Positions 50,621 through 54,563 of a stretch of DNA of 54,563 bases are shown here, one piece after another (position 1 is the first letter of the stretch; each line of letters begins with the position of its first letter). The stretch spans positions 69,198,099-69,252,661 of the forward strand of contig NC_068982.1 in NCBI RefSeq assembly GCF_001194135.2, written 5' to 3'. The DNA is from Octopus bimaculoides (lineage: Eukaryota). Position numbers and translations under genes: made by a program. The notes under the pieces were generated by a model. The model was not told where the DNA came from. It worked only from the letters and a program-made list of their open reading frames with translations, and did no database searches.

Positions 50621-51541
50621 NNNNNNNNNNNNNNNNNNNNNNNNNNNNNNNNNNNNNNNNNNNNNNNNNNNNNNNNNNNNNNNNNNNNNNNNNNNNNNNN
50701 NNNNNNNNNNNNNNNNNNNNNNNNNNNNNNNNNNNNNNNNNNNNNNNNNNNNNNNNNNNNNNNNNNNNNNNNNNNNNNNNNNNNNNNNNNNNNNNNNNNN
50801 NNNNNNNNNNNNNNNNNNNNNNNNNNNNNNNNNNNNNNNNNNNNNNNNNNNNNNNNNNNNNNNNNNNNNNNNNNNNNNNNNNNNNNNNNNNNNNNNNNNN
50901 NNNNNNNNNNNNNNNNNNNNNNNNNNNNNNNNNNNNNNNNNNNNNNNNNNNNNNNNNNNNNNNNNNNNNNNNNNNNNNNNNNNNNNNNNNNNNNNNNNNN
51001 NNNNNNNNNNNNNNNNNNNNNNNNNNNNNNNNNNNNNNNNNNNNNNNNNNNNNNNNNNNNNNNNNNNNNNNNNNNNNNNNNNNNNNNNNNNNNNNNNNNN
51101 NNNNNNNNNNNNNNNNNNNNNNNNNNNNNNNNNNNNNNNNNNNNNNNNNNNNNNNNNNNNNNNNNNNNNNNNNNNNNNNNNNNNNNNNNNNNNNNNNNNN
51201 NNNNNNNNNNNNNNNNNNNNNNNNNNNNNNNNNNNNNNNNNNNNNNNNNNNNNNNNNNNNNNNNNNNNNNNNNNNNNNNNNNNGTTTGTGGTTTGTTAGT
51301 GGTGTGTGTTAGTGTTCCATTCTAGTTTCCTATTCAGGTTAGGTTTCTCTTCTATTATGTGTGTAGCTTCAGTAATTTGTCTAAGTGCTGCATCACTGCT
51401 ATGTGTAGATAATATTTTAATTTCTATGTTGTTGATTGAGCCTCTATGTTCTTGCTCAGCGTGCTGGTACAGAACTGATGAGTTCTTCCCTTCCTTAAGT
51501 TCCCTCCAATGTTCGTTTGCCCGCTCCCCTATGCTTTGCAA

Positions 51542-51579
<38 letters not shown>

Positions 51580-52249
51580 ATTATTATTTGATTGAACGCC
51601 ACGCATCCATCTCCAAGTAAGTTTATCTTAATCTTTTTGGCGCGACTCTACTCTATACTGTTTTCTTCCCCTATTGTTTTCTCTCATCCTTTCTCTAATT
51701 CCTTTTTTCTCCCCTTCATCGTTTTCTATTTGTCTCTCTCTTTCTCCCTCTTTCTCCTTCACTCTTTCTCGTTGCTCACATGTGACCATCGTCCATCTTT
51801 CTTTTCATCACGTGATCATCTTTCTTGTTTTTCATGGCTGTCCTAGAGACTGGACACATCCTGTCTCTCTCTTCTATCTTTTCTCTTAGCAAAGAAAATA
51901 TTCTCCAACGTTCGCTATTTTACCCTCGTTCTGGTCTTACGACCCTCCATGTTTGTTTTTGTTCGGTTTCCTTCTATGTCTCCACTGTCCTATTTTTGTT
52001 CCCAACTTTGACCCTCCGTAAATCCAAAATTTTACTTTGGAACGTATGAAAGCAGCTGTCTTCGAAGACTTATATTGTCGTTCAGTGCTCGAAATGAGGA
52101 GTAGACAGACACCTGATGAAGAGGCGTTATTTATGTTACTTGTCCTGTTTTCCATTTGTTTCTCTCGTTGTTTGCGTATTGAATTCATTTATTTTCGTAT
52201 TTCATGTTGTTTACTGTTGCTGACGTCCTGTACCCATATATGCATATAT
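50550..52249. mobile_element. Penelope-like region bounded by direct repeats
   Basis: tttcatgttgtttactgttg(g/c)tgacgtcctgtacc at ~50553-50588 and ~52200-52236, each followed by TA and a gap; contains the GIY-YIG fragment. Confidence 0.5.
51296..51541 (-). pseudogene. GIY-YIG endonuclease C-terminal half of a Penelope-like element
   Basis: SIGERANEH..SSVLYQHAEQEH..EIKIL..RQITEATHI..PNLNRKLEW fits the PLE pattern R..EH..S.L..H..H..R...EA..I..P.LN. Confidence 0.8.
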
Positions 52250-52790
52250 NNNNNNNNNNNNNNNNNNNNNNNNNNNNNNNNNNNNNNNNNNNNNNNNNNN
52301 NNNNNNNNNNNNNNNNNNNNNNNNNNNNNNNNNNNNNNNNNNNNNNNNNNNNNNNNNNNNNNNNNNNNNNNNNNNNNNNNNNNNNNNNNNNNNNNNNNNN
52401 NNNNNNNNNNNNNNNNNNNNNNNNNNNNNNNNNNNNNNNNNNNNNNNNNNNNNNNNNNNNNNNNNNNNNNNNNNNNNNNNNNNNNNNNNNNNNNNNNNNN
52501 NNNNNNNNNNNNNNNNNNNNNNNNNNNNNNNNNNNNNNGTTACACTCACAAAATCCGTTTAGCTAATCTTCAGGTTTTATTACCCTCAAGTTGTTTACAA
52601 CGTCGCATGAGGACGAGTAAAAATTTTCATTGATTTCAATATGGGACGAAACATTCGATGGTTAATTAACTCTCTTTATCGTATATTGTCCATCTTTTAT
52701 CATATATACTATGTGTACATGCTTGACGCTTACTACTTTCCTATAACAGTATCTTTCGGATCGTACGTCCCTGAAACCGCACGCACACAC

Positions 52791-52841
<51 letters not shown>

Positions 52842-53149
52842 AACAAACACATACACACACAAACACACACACGCAAACACACACAGGTACATATATGCGT
52901 ATGTATATATACATATATGTATGTATGGTATGTTTGTATGGTATGGTATGTGTGTGTGTGTGTGTGTTAGTAATAGGCTGCGTGCTATCAGTGACATAGA
53001 GTGACCTTTACAGGGTCGTATGCTTTTCTCCCAAATATATTCACTTCATACTGGAACCAAATGCTAAATGTTAACAAGCAGGAGATTAAATTACTGCAAC
53101 AAAAATAGATGCATATGATAAATGGACCTTTCTTTTTGTTTTTTGTTTT

Positions 53150-53450
53150 ATTTATAATTCAAAATCCGTGTTGCTTCACAACAATTTCTGTCTGCAGTTG
53201 CTTGCTATCTTGGAAAGAAATTCAACATAAATATGAGTGTGATCCTTTTGTTTGGAATAAAATTCTTGACTCAAGTCAAGATCTTTTCATTCCAAACTTT
53301 AATAAATGAACCCCAACCTTAATAAATGAACCTCTCTTGATGAAGGGTTTCTTAAAATCTACATCCGCTACTCTCCACAAATTCAACTATTTCTTTCAGA
53401 CCCCTGTCCTATCTTTTCAATTTCCTGGTAAATTTCTTCCTTCTTTGATA
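53150..53450 (-). mobile_element. Possible very old LINE RT remnant
   Basis: Minus strand DVDFKKPF and KILT*VKNF resemble CR1-type LDFKKAFD..KIL.W..NFL. Confidence 0.3.
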
Positions 53451-53629
53451 CATTTAGGTAGATATGGCATTAATTTCCTATTCTATATAAGTTGAAACGA
53501 GCGACTAAATGGTCAATATTTCGTAGACCTTCACCTGTATTGCACTCTGTCATTGGTTAAGATAACATTTAATCCTCATTTTTGCGGGTCTACGAAGGCT
53601 TCTGTTTCCATGTAGTATATTGCGGATAG

Positions 53630-54280
53630 AAGGCGCGTGACCGAGTGATTATAGAATCGACTCACGACCCTAAGGTGGTTTTGATTCCCGAATCGAACGG
53701 TGCGTTGTGTTCTTGAACAAAACACTTCCTTTCCTTTGCTCTGCGATCATTTCAACATATGTGTGACACACTTGTACACCTGTACAGGCAATGTCGATTT
53801 GATGGAGGAAATGAAATTATTTGCAGGTGAAGTTGATTACATCGGCCCCGGTGCTCGATTGCTACTTATTTTATCGACTATAGAAGAATGAAAGAAGTTG
53901 ACCTCGGTGGGGTCTGAACTCAGAACGTAAAGAGCCATAATAATAATAATTGCTTCTAATTTCGGTACAAGGTTAACAGTTTTCAGAGGAGGGTATTAGA
54001 TCCAAGGACTAGACTTGTGCTTTATTTTATCAGCTCCAGAGGAATGAAAGGCAAAGTTGACTTCTTTAAGATTGGAAATCGGAATGTAAAGAGCAGTAAC
54101 TAATGCAGCAAAACATCTCTTCCGACGTTCTAACGCTTCTCCCAGCTAGCCGCTTTTTTTTAACGATAATTATGGACTGTAATTTAGGCACATGTGCAGC
54201 AGTTTTGAATGGCTAGAACAGTAGATACTCTAGTACTTAACGGATACTTTATTTTATCGTCCCTGGAGGACTAAAAGGCA
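53630..54280. mobile_element. SINE-D (+, 53630-53810) followed by three diverged SINE-A copies (-)
   Basis: Block matches to SINE-D and reverse SINE-A. Confidence 0.6.
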
Positions 54281-54305
54281 AATAACTATAACAACAATGA
54301 TGATG

Positions 54306-54366
<61 letters not shown>

Positions 54367-54563
54367 CAACAACAAAGAGTCAATCAAATTCCTTCTTTGT
54401 CATTTTTAGCCCAACCATCAAAGAATGCATAGAAAGAAGACTTCTTTTTTATTTTTTTTTCTAAACCCCAAAACTCATAAGGCCGGTTACCCGGTATCTA
54501 TGGAACATAAGAGTGAAATCACAGCATTGTCCATAAATGGAATACTGGTCCGTTGCTGGGTTC

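Larger units (their letters stand above)
3953..52538. other. 14 assembly gaps: 3953-4353, 25491-26475, 29518-29760, 30459-30468, 32278-33176, 35479-35606, 39407-39695, 40552-40923, 42110-42255, 44317-44721, 45470-45604, 48980-48989, 50621-51283, 52250-52538
   Basis: N runs, nearly all flanked by microsatellites, as expected for a short-read assembly. Confidence 0.98.

Noticed and set aside
3839-52633. Long ORFs in the track rich in X, YI, LS, RE, N or poly-L/V
   Set aside because: They are translations of N gaps and microsatellites, not coding sequence.
1-54563. CRISPR arrays, rRNA genes, intact tRNA genes, prokaryotic operons
   Set aside because: None seen; all recurring units are SINE modules or microsatellites, and all tRNA-like heads are SINE-derived or decayed.

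Overview
AT-rich (~35% GC by eye), microsatellite-dense animal genomic DNA with 14 N-gaps. The repeat families look like those of an octopod cephalopod (Octopus-like); this is inferred from pattern recognition, not a database hit. Most of the window is decayed mobile DNA: four tRNA-derived SINE groups (working labels SINE-A to -D), five R4/Dong-clade LINE pieces (RT and/or CCHC and restriction-like endonuclease, or 3' UTR only), mostly abutting (TAA)n tracts, RTE-clade LINE pieces, a Penelope-like GIY-YIG fragment, an internally deleted Chapaev3-type (CMC) transposon, two mariner derivatives (one palindromic) and a probable piggyBac-like MITE. No long intact ORF exists; most ORFs in the track are microsatellite or gap artefacts. 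Two signals stand out. (1) Three phase-compatible plus-strand exons at 11.0-12.1 kb splice into a 102-aa open frame with a possible death-fold pattern, plus weaker distal exon candidates. (2) Two related copies of a short repeat carry a minimal type-I hammerhead-ribozyme-like motif (40.4 kb and 45.75 kb); both lie in microsatellite tracts following SINE-B heads. Coordinates of decayed repeats are approximate (+/-10-20 bp).
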